A stretch of DNA of 64,000 nt from an uncultured virus (IMG/VR IMGVR_UViG_3300010885_037795). Its lineage: Duplodnaviria; Heunggongvirae; Uroviricota; Caudoviricetes. Where the stretch lies: positions 1 through 64,000 of the IMG/VR virus record IMGVR_UViG_3300010885_037795; one strand, given 5' to 3'. Shown here one piece after another: positions 37,925 to 47,197 of the stretch. Position 1 is the first letter of the stretch, and every line of letters starts with the position of its first letter. Both the position numbers and the translations under genes were made by a program. The notes beneath the pieces are model-generated. The model saw nothing but the letters and a program-made list of their open reading frames with translations, was not told the origin of the DNA and did not search any database.

Positions 37925-40519
37925 ATGGCAAATTACAGTATACGCAACACTAGAGGACAGATTATTGCTAACGTGGCAGATACCACGTTGGATTCAACTA
38001 CCGCAGTTTATTTGGTAGGTCGTAACTATTCAGGTTACGGTATCTACTTGAATGACAACAGCGTGAGGTTGATGGAAAACTTTGCATCTAACACTGCTCC
38101 AAGCAATCCACTAGAAGGTCAAATCTGGTACAACACCGGCGTTGATCGAATGAAGTGGTGGGATGGAGTAACTTGGAAACAGGTACAAAGTACAGAAGTA
38201 GCAGACACAAATCCAACGTCAATTGGCCGTCAAGATGGCGACATGTGGTATGATATCACAGCTGAACAGTTGAAAGTTTGGAATGCAAGCCCAAGTGGTA
38301 ATCTGACCCTGGCACGTTGGGACACAATTGGCCCGCAGTACACAGCAGGTACACCAAAGTCGGGTGTGTTTGTTGAAACTATTTACGATACTGGCATGAT
38401 CCCACACTATGTTCTGGCCAGCTATGCCAACGGTAGCATTGTTACTATCTTGAATCCTGATGCAGAATTTACACCCACGCCAGGCAATGTAGTTGCTGGG
38501 TTTGACACAATCAAACGTGGTCTACAAATGACTGCTAACATTGGTCCATATACTTTTGCTGGCACAGCCAACAACTCAATTGAGCTAGGCAGCATCCACA
38601 ACAGTTTTTATCTACGCAGTAACGCAACTGCTAATTTTTCTAACATTGCACCAGTGTACATTACCAGCAACACTGGATTGACATTTGGCGAAGCAACAAC
38701 AGCCAATGTGCGAGTAGACTACAGCACAGGCGATTTGATTGTGCAAAATATTGGCAGTGGTGGCAAAATAAGTTTGTTGTCGCGTTCAGCAGCCAATGCA
38801 GATGTACGTGCTTTGTATATTGACAGCGGTAATGTTATCCTTAACGATGACCCAACTGGCGACCTACATGCAGTGACCAAGCGTTATGTTGACGTTCGTG
38901 TTGCTGCCACAAATCAAAATATTGACAACAACGTCACGGTGTTAACCTCGTATATTACTGCGGCCAACGCTCAGATTTCACAACAGTGGTCAAATGCCGC
39001 AACTCAGCAATCACAAATTAACCTACGTGCAACAATTGATAGTCCTGCACTAACAGGTAATCCAACTGCACCAACTCCGTCTATAGGTGACAACGACACC
39101 AGCATTGCAACCACTGCATTTGTATTTGAAGCCAACGCAGGTGTACGTGCCGCATTGTTAAGCAACACAGCAGCCATTGCCAATGATGTAAAAACAAATT
39201 ATGCACCATTAGCAAGTCCTGCGTTGATTGGTACACCTACTGCTCCAACTGCCGCAATCAGTGCCAACACCACACAGATTGCAACCACAGCATTTGTGTC
39301 AACTTCAGTTGACCAACTAAACAGCACAGTTACAGCGGCGCTGTCTCTAAAAGCACCACTGGCAAGTCCAGCGTTGACTGGAACTCCTGTTGCGCCGACC
39401 GCAACAGCAGGTACAAACACAACACAATTGGCAACAACTGCATTTGTGTTCCAAGCCAATGCTGGATTGTTAGCACGTACACTGGCCAACACAGGTGCTA
39501 TTGCAAACGATTTAAGAACAAACTATGCTCCACTAGCAAGTCCCGCATTAACAGGCGCACCAACTGCACCTACCGCAAGCTCTGCTACCAACACCACACA
39601 AATTGCATCAACTGCATTTGTTGGCACAGCAATTGATAATTTGAATACTGCGGTACAGAATGCATTGAATTTGAAGGCACCATTGGCAAGTCCTGCATTA
39701 ACAGGCAACGCAACAGCGCCAACTGCTGCCGCTGGTACCAACACAACACAATTGGCAACAACTGCATTTGTGTTTCAAGCCAATGCAGGTGTACTAGCTC
39801 GTGTGCTAGCAAACACAGGTGCTATTGCCGACGACCTAGTAACCAACTATGCTCCACTAGCAAGTCCTGCACTGACAGGAACACCAACTGTACCAACTGC
39901 AAGCTCAAGTACCAATACCACACAAGTTGCGAGTACTGCGTTTGTAGGCACAGCAATTGACGCATTGAATACCGCAGTGACAAACGCATTGAGTTTGAAA
40001 GCACCGCTGGCAAGTCCTGCATTGACAGGTACACCAACTGCACCAAATGCCGCAGTTGGTACCAACACCACACAGATTGCAACCACTGCATTTGTACAAA
40101 CTGCCAACGTTGGACTACGTGCCAACTTGCTGGCCAACACAGCTCTTATTGCAAGTGATCTAGCAACCAATTATGCATTAAAAGCAAGTCCTGCACTAAC
40201 AGGTACACCAACTGCTCCAACTGCTACTGCTGGTACAAACACCACACAAGTTGCTACCACAGCCTATGCTGACACTGCTGTAAGCACATTGAGTAGTACG
40301 GTGACCACGGCATTGAATCTAAAAGCGGCACTAGCAAGTCCTGCACTGACAGGTACACCAACTGCTCCTACTGCTGATGCATCAGACAAGTCAACAAAAA
40401 TTGCTACCACTGCATTTGTACAAGCAAACGCAATGTGGCAGGGTTCTCGCAAGCTGGTCAGTACTGTAGCACCAGGTGCTGGCGACGGGAACAACGGTGA
40501 TATTTGGTTCCAGGTGTAA
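37925..40519 (+). CDS. Tail fibre protein with SPALTGTPTAPT repeats
   Basis: N-terminal anchor domain (LVGRNYSGYG..LMENFA..P..GQIWY); HAVTKRYVD; nine SPAL..TAF repeats; C-terminal GDIWFQ. Confidence 0.85.
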   Translation: MANYSIRNTRGQIIANVADTTLDSTTAVYLVGRNYSGYGIYLNDNSVRLMENFASNTAPSNPLEGQIWYNTGVDRMKWWDGVTWKQVQSTEVADTNPTSIGRQDGDMWYDITAEQLKVWNASPSGNLTLARWDTIGPQYTAGTPKSGVFVETIYDTGMIPHYVLASYANGSIVTILNPDAEFTPTPGNVVAGFDTIKRGLQMTANIGPYTFAGTANNSIELGSIHNSFYLRSNATANFSNIAPVYITSNTGLTFGEATTANVRVDYSTGDLIVQNIGSGGKISLLSRSAANADVRALYIDSGNVILNDDPTGDLHAVTKRYVDVRVAATNQNIDNNVTVLTSYITAANAQISQQWSNAATQQSQINLRATIDSPALTGNPTAPTPSIGDNDTSIATTAFVFEANAGVRAALLSNTAAIANDVKTNYAPLASPALIGTPTAPTAAISANTTQIATTAFVSTSVDQLNSTVTAALSLKAPLASPALTGTPVAPTATAGTNTTQLATTAFVFQANAGLLARTLANTGAIANDLRTNYAPLASPALTGAPTAPTASSATNTTQIASTAFVGTAIDNLNTAVQNALNLKAPLASPALTGNATAPTAAAGTNTTQLATTAFVFQANAGVLARVLANTGAIADDLVTNYAPLASPALTGTPTVPTASSSTNTTQVASTAFVGTAIDALNTAVTNALSLKAPLASPALTGTPTAPNAAVGTNTTQIATTAFVQTANVGLRANLLANTALIASDLATNYALKASPALTGTPTAPTATAGTNTTQVATTAYADTAVSTLSSTVTTALNLKAALASPALTGTPTAPTADASDKSTKIATTAFVQANAMWQGSRKLVSTVAPGAGDGNNGDIWFQV
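39040..40425 (+). repeat. In-frame tandem repeat, alternating 150/174 nt units (324-nt period)
   Basis: GCAAGTCC recurs at 39212, 39362, 39536, 39686, 39860, 40010, 40184 and 40334. Confidence 0.9.
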
Positions 40520-40522
40520 CAC

Positions 40523-41854
40523 ATGCCTAGATCAGGACTTACCCGGATTAAGGATAGCGGCACTTGGAAGTCGCTAAAAGGACTTTGGATCAAGGACAAA
40601 GGCGCATGGTCGCCTGTTCAAAACGCCTGGACCAAAGTCAACGGAGTATGGACCAAAGTATATCCTACTCCAATTGCCATTGGGTCAAGTACTCCTACCA
40701 GCGCAACGTTTAGTGTTTATACCAGTGAAACATCTGGGTCACAATCATTTACTATTAACAATACTGGTGACGAAGATCTTATTGTAAAAGCAGTAGCAAA
40801 TACAGCCACTGGGTTTACCATAAATTTTGACTGGACAACATTTGGCGGTGCACCGACTGCACTAAATCAAATTACCATACCTCCAGGCACAACCAAGTCT
40901 TTTTCTGTCACTGTCACTGCTGGAGTAAGCACCGGTGCAAAGTCTGGATCGTTTACATTAACAGCCAATGCAGGTACGCTGGGCGACACTACCATTACTG
41001 CAAGTTTGTCAGTAACAGTACTGCAACGATATAGCCGTGCAAGCTCAGTGGCTTCTTTGAACTTTGCATACGACAGTAACTCAGCATTGCCGGCTCAATT
41101 GATACGTATTACAAACATAGGCAATCAAACATTAAACGTGACCGGAGTAGTTGGAGCAAAGTTTACATACACTGGTGTACCAACAACTATAGCCGCTGGT
41201 AGTTTTGCAACATTTACAGCAACGTATATTGCAACCAATATAGCTGGTGCCAAATCGGGCACAATAACAATCAACAGTGACAGCGACCAAGGCGCAGTGG
41301 TAATTAATTGCACCATGACAGAGGTGCGGCATGCCACGGTTAGAGATAGTATTGCCGGCACAAGATCGTTTACAGTTCCTTACGGAATCACGTCGTTAAC
41401 TTACACTCTCAAAGGTGGAGGCGGAGGCGGAGGCGGCGCAGCCGACAACGAAGAGCCAGTACAACTTGGCGGCGGTGGTGGCGAAGGTGGTACCAGCACA
41501 GGTACAATGACAGTTACCGCAGGGCAATCTGTTTCCTACACAGTGGGTGCTGGTGGTGCTGGTGGCGGAGTTCCTGGAACAGGTGCAACTGGCGTAACAT
41601 CAACAATGAATTCCACCAATGCACCAGGTGGTGCTGGTGGTGCCTCCTCGGGTGTGGGCGGCGCAGGCGGTGTGGGTAGTACAAACACCGGCGGTAAAGG
41701 CAGTAACGGACAATATTGGACAGATTCATCATCTGTATCACAAGGTGGCGCAGGAGCTGGAAACGGTGGCGCAGGTGGCGGATATAATGAAAATGCTGAA
41801 CAGGGATTACCGGGCACAGCAGGCACAGCAGGCTATGTGGAAATACGCTATTAA
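40523..41854 (+). CDS. Putative fibre-tip adhesin: Trp-repeat N-terminus, two Ig-like domains, Gly-rich C-terminus
   Basis: K..G.W repeats at the N-terminus; two I.N.G...L Ig-like motifs; polyglycine segments ending GYVEIRY. Confidence 0.7.
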   Translation: MPRSGLTRIKDSGTWKSLKGLWIKDKGAWSPVQNAWTKVNGVWTKVYPTPIAIGSSTPTSATFSVYTSETSGSQSFTINNTGDEDLIVKAVANTATGFTINFDWTTFGGAPTALNQITIPPGTTKSFSVTVTAGVSTGAKSGSFTLTANAGTLGDTTITASLSVTVLQRYSRASSVASLNFAYDSNSALPAQLIRITNIGNQTLNVTGVVGAKFTYTGVPTTIAAGSFATFTATYIATNIAGAKSGTITINSDSDQGAVVINCTMTEVRHATVRDSIAGTRSFTVPYGITSLTYTLKGGGGGGGGAADNEEPVQLGGGGGEGGTSTGTMTVTAGQSVSYTVGAGGAGGGVPGTGATGVTSTMNSTNAPGGAGGASSGVGGAGGVGSTNTGGKGSNGQYWTDSSSVSQGGAGAGNGGAGGGYNENAEQGLPGTAGTAGYVEIRY

Positions 41855-41883
41855 ATCATAATAATATGCTTTTTAATATGCCC

Positions 41884-41924
41884 ATAAATAACTGTAACCC
41901 ATGTGCTGAACAAGCAAATAAATA
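41884..41924 (+). promoter_or_regulatory. Tandem late promoter motifs (ATAAATA at 41884-41890 and 41918-41924)
   Basis: Two copies in one intergenic gap upstream of GGAG/AAGGA and ATG 41949. Confidence 0.65.
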
Positions 41925-41948
41925 CTAGATAAAATCGGAGTCTAAGGA

Positions 41949-44417
41949 ATGAGCTATAATTTAACAAGAACTGACGGGACGCCACTGTTGACCCTGGCCG
42001 ATGGTCAGACCAACACAACAACGACCAGTCTTACGCTGATCGGCAAGAACTATGCCGGATATGGCACATTCTTAAACGAAAACTTCGTGAAACTGCTGGA
42101 GCATTTTAGCAGTGTCACTGCACCAGACAATCCTAGTGTGGGACAACTATGGTGGCAGAGTTCAACCAAGATACTTAAGGTATATATTGGTAACAACTCA
42201 TGGAAAAGTATCACTGGTGCCCAAGCTGAAGCAAGTTCTCCGACTTATAAAGTAACAGGCGATCTATGGTGGGACACCACAAATCAACAGTTGAAAGTTT
42301 GGTCAGGCGCCAGCTGGATCACAATTGGTCCTAGCTTTACACAAACAACAGGTACATCAGGTGCTGTGGCAGATACCATCGTTGACGATGCCTTGGTCAC
42401 ACACGTGGTAGTTAAATTCTTTGTTAACAATGGCTTGGTAGCCATGATGAGCAAGGACAGTACATTTACTCCGGGTAACGCTATTCCTGGATTCAGCACA
42501 GTCAAACCAGGTATGAACTTGGCCACAGGAACTGTGCCAGGGTTGAAATATTGGACCACAGCAGAAAATGCTGACTACTTGGGTAACGTGGCAGCAGCCA
42601 ATTACTTGCGTAGTGATGTGTCGGTTCCACTCACAACCCAATTAGAAATTCGTAACCTAAACGGTATCGCAATTGAAGAACCAAACGGTACAATTGACTT
42701 TACACTGGGTGTGGCTAGTAACTATGTTAACATGATCAGCTTGGTTCGTGGCAATGGTATGAAACTTACTACCAAGCCAGACAACGCTGCCGGCGCCACA
42801 ATTGACGCACTCACTGTTGATCGCAACAGCGGATTGATTCGTGTGTACAACGATCCACAAGATGCACTGGGCATTGCCACAAAGAACTATGTGGATTCTG
42901 GTTTGACCACAGTATTATCGGGCACCAATGCCAACCTTGTTATTTTAGGAAGTCAGCTGGCATCTAACGTGGCAGCAATCAACAGCAACGTTGGTGATAT
43001 TCGACTGTTAAAATCCACTGGTACTGTGAGCACACCAAACGGTAACGTAGTTGCTAACATTGTGTCATTGAGTGCAAACGTAGGTCCATTCAGTGGAGTT
43101 ATTGCCAACCAAGGCAGCATCACAGCCAACATCAAGGCACTAGCAGGCAACATTGGTTGGACTGGCTTGCTGTCAAGTGATGACCTAACAGTGACTGGCA
43201 ACATTGCCAAGTTTGCAGCCAACGTAGGTGCAATGACATTTATTGCGCACCAAGCAGACATTACTTCCAACATCAAATCTATTGCCGGCAATATTGGGTG
43301 GACTGGATTATTATCTAGTGACGATCTAACAGTGACCGGTAACATTGCCAAGTTTGCAGCCAATGTGGGTGCAATGAGCCGTATTGCCAACCAAGGCAGC
43401 ATCACAGCCAACATTCAGGCACTAGCAGGTAATATTGGTTGGACTGGTAAATTATCCAGTGATGATCTAACAGTTACCGGTAACATTGCCAAGTTTGCTG
43501 CCAATGTGGGTCCACTCAACTTGGTTGGCCTACAAAGCGTCACCGCCAACGTCAATGCACTGTGGGGCAACGTTATCCCTGCAGGTGGTACACCAGGCGG
43601 ACAAACATTGTCGGCCAACATCACTGCAATCTGGGGCAACATTGGATCAGTTCCAACAGCCGGTGTAGCTAATTCAGTGTTTGGTGGACAAACCATCACT
43701 GCCAACGTCAATGCCATCTGGGGCAACATCGTATCCTTGGTCACCACAGCTGGATCTATTTCTGGCAACACAGATTCTGTGTTACGTTCGGGCACACGAT
43801 CAATGACAGGTAACTTGGTACCAGACGCCGACGGTACTCGAGCATTGGGCGCACTGGCCACACGTTTTGACTTGCTTGGTGATACTTTTGACTTCACAGG
43901 AACAGGACAATTCCATTCCAGTATCACTACCAAAGCAGGTATCAACATGGGCAACACCAGTGTTAATGGACGCATGGGAACAATCTATGCAACAACGTTT
44001 AACGGAACTGCTACCACAGCACAATACGCTGACTTGGCAGAACGTTTTGAATCAGACTCAGCTTATCCACCGGGCACAGTTGTGATGCTGGGCGGTGTGG
44101 CTGAAATCACAGCAGCCATGGATGACGCCAGTGATGAAGTGTTTGGGGTTATCAGCACTAGACCTGCGCACTTGATGAACAACCAAGACGGTTACACAGA
44201 CCAAACACATCCGCCAGTGGCCATGACAGGTCGTGTGCCAGTTCGTGTGACAGGCACAGTGAAAAAAGGTGATCGATTGATCAGTGCAGGCAACGGTGTT
44301 GCACGTGCTGCCAAATCAGGCGAGTACACTGCATTTAACACAATTGGTCGTTCACTAGAAAATAAAACTACAACAGACGAAGGCGTTGTAGAAGCAACAG
44401 TAAAGTTGAATAGTTAA
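41949..44417 (+). CDS. Tail fibre protein with C-terminal intramolecular chaperone/autocleavage-like domain
   Basis: N-terminus paralogous to 37925; ATKNYVD; YADLAERF...GTVV..GG..EI and PVAMTGRVPVRV.G.VKKGD.L motifs. Confidence 0.85.
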   Translation: MSYNLTRTDGTPLLTLADGQTNTTTTSLTLIGKNYAGYGTFLNENFVKLLEHFSSVTAPDNPSVGQLWWQSSTKILKVYIGNNSWKSITGAQAEASSPTYKVTGDLWWDTTNQQLKVWSGASWITIGPSFTQTTGTSGAVADTIVDDALVTHVVVKFFVNNGLVAMMSKDSTFTPGNAIPGFSTVKPGMNLATGTVPGLKYWTTAENADYLGNVAAANYLRSDVSVPLTTQLEIRNLNGIAIEEPNGTIDFTLGVASNYVNMISLVRGNGMKLTTKPDNAAGATIDALTVDRNSGLIRVYNDPQDALGIATKNYVDSGLTTVLSGTNANLVILGSQLASNVAAINSNVGDIRLLKSTGTVSTPNGNVVANIVSLSANVGPFSGVIANQGSITANIKALAGNIGWTGLLSSDDLTVTGNIAKFAANVGAMTFIAHQADITSNIKSIAGNIGWTGLLSSDDLTVTGNIAKFAANVGAMSRIANQGSITANIQALAGNIGWTGKLSSDDLTVTGNIAKFAANVGPLNLVGLQSVTANVNALWGNVIPAGGTPGGQTLSANITAIWGNIGSVPTAGVANSVFGGQTITANVNAIWGNIVSLVTTAGSISGNTDSVLRSGTRSMTGNLVPDADGTRALGALATRFDLLGDTFDFTGTGQFHSSITTKAGINMGNTSVNGRMGTIYATTFNGTATTAQYADLAERFESDSAYPPGTVVMLGGVAEITAAMDDASDEVFGVISTRPAHLMNNQDGYTDQTHPPVAMTGRVPVRVTGTVKKGDRLISAGNGVARAAKSGEYTAFNTIGRSLENKTTTDEGVVEATVKLNS
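43075..43512 (+). repeat. In-frame 141-nt (47-aa) tandem repeat, about three copies
   Basis: GNIGWTG..SSDDLTVTGNIAKFAANVG occurs three times; the GW codons start at 43155, 43296 and 43437. Confidence 0.9.
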
Positions 44418-44418
44418 T

Positions 44419-46494
44419 ATGGCATACGCATCAGGCAGCTCAATCGAAGCAATTGATTACAATAACCTAGCATGGGGATCTGATGCTGGTGGCACCTATG
44501 TGACCACCAGCACTAATAAAAACATTGCAGTTGTTTGGGGTGTAGGTACTGGACGATTTGGTTGGGGACAAAACACAAGCTCTATACCCAAAGCAATAAT
44601 TAATGCAATCACTACTGCAACCGCGTGTACCGGTTCCACAATCACTGTTGGGGACTCTACCACAATTGGTGTGAATGAAGCAATTAAATTTGGCAGTGCT
44701 ATTGGGGGGCTAACTGCCGGCGCAACATACTATGTGTATGACAAGCCAACCACCAATACCTTACGAGTTGCTGCCACAGTTAATGCAACTGCGCCAATTG
44801 ATCTAACCACACAAAGCAGTTTATCAGTCACAGTTCTGCCAGTTGATTTTGCCACAGGCAGTCTCACACAAGTTGCAGCCACTAATAATGTAACAGCCGC
44901 TCAATGGAACGGTCTCATACTGGCAACAAACAAAGCATTATATCACACAGGTGGTGCAAACGTTGCAGTGACTGGTGTGTCGGTTGGCACACCAATTGCC
45001 TATTACAGTGCTGTATCTACTGCGGTAACCACAGTGTGGAACAATGCCAACACTGGTTCGGTAGGATTCACCACAGACGATGCGGCCTTGACATCAACCA
45101 ACACCGTTACCTGGGCCAACAGCATTGGGTTCGTATACACTGTGGATTTTGGCAGTGCCGACGAAATGCGGTATTTTTTCAATGCTGGCGGGAAAATAAA
45201 ATTCAGCCTCACTGGGCCTGCAGGCACAGGACGCAATCTAGATTGGCGAACACTTTGTACTGCAATGGGTACCATAGTATTTGGATACAACACCACTACC
45301 AAATCTGGTGGGTCAGGTACTCCAGATACTCTACTAAGCACAGTAGGCAACGGTGGCTTCTGGGGACCTCATACATCAGGAGTGGACCGAGAAGATTTCC
45401 AACAGACTTCCACAGGCACTGCATACACAACCAATTACATTGAAATTCTTACTAAAGTGTCTGGTGTCACTGCTGGCAGCAGTGGCGGTAAAGGTACTAG
45501 ATTGACTTTTACTATTAATCTGGTAGATGCTAATAGCAACATCTATCAACCTGCGGTGGCAACAGGCACAGTGGCCAGCATGGTGGTTGTTAGACCAACA
45601 TCAAGTGCAGTGAGTGTGACAGGCCCCAGTGGCACTGGCGTGACCAAGACCACAGACGCCGGTACTACCACAGCGTATGCGATTCCAACCGGAAGCCAAA
45701 CGTTTACCACAGTCGGGGATACCACTTTTACTGTACCTGCCGATGTAACATCAGTTAGTGCTTTTGTTGTTGCGCCTGGAGGATTTGCAGGTGCCACCGC
45801 AGGTGGTGGCGGTGGCGGCTCAGCTTACATAGGAACGGTCACAGTGACTCCGGGCCAAACTCTCTATGTCAGAGTAGGAGATAAAAATGCATCAGGTGCC
45901 AGCACTGCGTCGTTGTCTATAGTGTCAACTACTACACCAATTGACAGTTCACTTAATTATCTAGTTGCAACTGCTGGTGCAAGCACCGGCACCGGTAATG
46001 GTGGCTCTGGCGCAGGTGTTGGTGCGTTTGCCGCAGGTGTTGGTGCAAATGCTGGGCAAGGTGGGCAGAATCCTCTTGGTGGAGGAGGTGGCGCAGCGGG
46101 CTATGGTGGCACTGCTGGTAATGGTGGCTATCCATATGTAAGCGGAAACCAACAACTGCAAGGCGCTTATATCTATGGTGCTCAAGGTGGCGGCACCGGT
46201 GCTGGTGGTGGTGGCGGTGGTGTACTCTCTGCGTCAGCGGCTGGAGGTGGTGGTGGTGTGGGACTTAATGGAATTGGTACACCTGGTAGCAGTGGTGGCG
46301 GCACAAGTACACCGACCACTCAAACTGCTGGAACGCCCGGCGGCGGCGGATCTGGTGGTGCCAGTGGTAGTGTTAAAAATGGTGGAGACTTTGGTGGTGG
46401 TGGCGGCGGAACGGCTATCAGCGGCACACCTGGTGGCGGCGCCGTTAGAATAATCTGGGGGCCAAGCCGAAGTTACCCGAGCCAGGCAGCATAA
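44419..46494 (+). CDS. Virion structural protein with C-terminal glycine-rich domain
   Basis: FGSADEMRYFFNAGGKI motif; FTVPADVTSVS..V..GG start of a Gly-rich domain ending GAVRIIWG. Confidence 0.75.
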   Translation: MAYASGSSIEAIDYNNLAWGSDAGGTYVTTSTNKNIAVVWGVGTGRFGWGQNTSSIPKAIINAITTATACTGSTITVGDSTTIGVNEAIKFGSAIGGLTAGATYYVYDKPTTNTLRVAATVNATAPIDLTTQSSLSVTVLPVDFATGSLTQVAATNNVTAAQWNGLILATNKALYHTGGANVAVTGVSVGTPIAYYSAVSTAVTTVWNNANTGSVGFTTDDAALTSTNTVTWANSIGFVYTVDFGSADEMRYFFNAGGKIKFSLTGPAGTGRNLDWRTLCTAMGTIVFGYNTTTKSGGSGTPDTLLSTVGNGGFWGPHTSGVDREDFQQTSTGTAYTTNYIEILTKVSGVTAGSSGGKGTRLTFTINLVDANSNIYQPAVATGTVASMVVVRPTSSAVSVTGPSGTGVTKTTDAGTTTAYAIPTGSQTFTTVGDTTFTVPADVTSVSAFVVAPGGFAGATAGGGGGGSAYIGTVTVTPGQTLYVRVGDKNASGASTASLSIVSTTTPIDSSLNYLVATAGASTGTGNGGSGAGVGAFAAGVGANAGQGGQNPLGGGGGAAGYGGTAGNGGYPYVSGNQQLQGAYIYGAQGGGTGAGGGGGGVLSASAAGGGGGVGLNGIGTPGSSGGGTSTPTTQTAGTPGGGGSGGASGSVKNGGDFGGGGGGTAISGTPGGGAVRIIWGPSRSYPSQAA

Positions 46495-46503
46495 GGAACA
46501 TGT

Positions 46504-46833
46504 ATGAAATTTGATATTACATTTATTAATCCGGTAGGTAATCCAGAAACATACGTTGCTATTGAGGCTGAAAACGAACAAGCGGCTCGAGAAATGAAAG
46601 ACAGCTTGTTGACAGCAGCCGGATCATTTTGGCCAGTTGATCAATGGACCATTGCATCAGTGGGACCCACACCAACTGAAACTCCGCCTGCTGATCCAAC
46701 TCTGATGCCAATGTATTACCCAACAACTGAGCCAGTTCTAACTCTTGAGCAAATGATGGCCAAGCTGACTGCAGATTCACAAAAGGCCGCGGCAGCCCAA
46801 CTTGCCGCACAACAAGCAAACCCACCAACTTGA
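46504..46833 (+). CDS. Hypothetical protein
   Basis: AAGGA ribosome-binding site; follows the Gly-rich protein; no motif recognised. Confidence 0.7.
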   Translation: MKFDITFINPVGNPETYVAIEAENEQAAREMKDSLLTAAGSFWPVDQWTIASVGPTPTETPPADPTLMPMYYPTTEPVLTLEQMMAKLTADSQKAAAAQLAAQQANPPT

Positions 46834-46839
46834 CATAGT

Positions 46840-46872
46840 TTTAAGATAGGGCACACTACTCTATCTTAAATA
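46840..46872 (+). promoter_or_regulatory. Inverted repeat overlapping a late promoter motif (TTAAATA, 46866-46872)
   Basis: TTTAAGATAG (46840-46849) is the exact reverse complement of CTATCTTAAA (46861-46870); the promoter motif ends 4 nt before ATG 46877. Confidence 0.65.
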
Positions 46873-46876
46873 CTGT

Positions 46877-47197
46877 ATGGATGTCAATAAACTAAAAATT
46901 CAAGCTGATCAGGCATTTGATCGAGACACTGCACGACTAGCACTAAAAGAAAAGATTGATGCACGACTGTGTGTGGCCATCAATGGCGGACTGTTTCGAG
47001 CCACGCCCGAACTCATTGCATTCCTCAGCACCTGGCCAATAGAAACTGTTTATCTCCAAGACATACACGATCAGCCCATTGAACTAGATCGTGTGCTTGC
47101 GCTGGCCCAGCTGAGCCAAGCATATCAATATGCCATGAACTCCTGGCACGAAGAACACACTCAACAGCAAAAAATCAGGAAAGGTCGTCATGCGTGA
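46877..47197 (+). CDS. Hypothetical protein, first gene of the modification cluster
   Basis: ORF directly after the late promoter motif, overlapping the next gene. Confidence 0.75.
   Translation: MDVNKLKIQADQAFDRDTARLALKEKIDARLCVAINGGLFRATPELIAFLSTWPIETVYLQDIHDQPIELDRVLALAQLSQAYQYAMNSWHEEHTQQQKIRKGRHA

Noticed and set aside
41852..41880. AT-rich inverted repeat as an intrinsic terminator
   Set aside because: The stem is weak, interrupted and almost entirely A-T.
39040..43512. Repeats as a CRISPR array or diversity-generating retroelement
   Set aside because: Units are in-frame multiples of three with synonymous variation; there are no unique spacers, cas genes, reverse transcriptase or adenine-specific template/variable pair.
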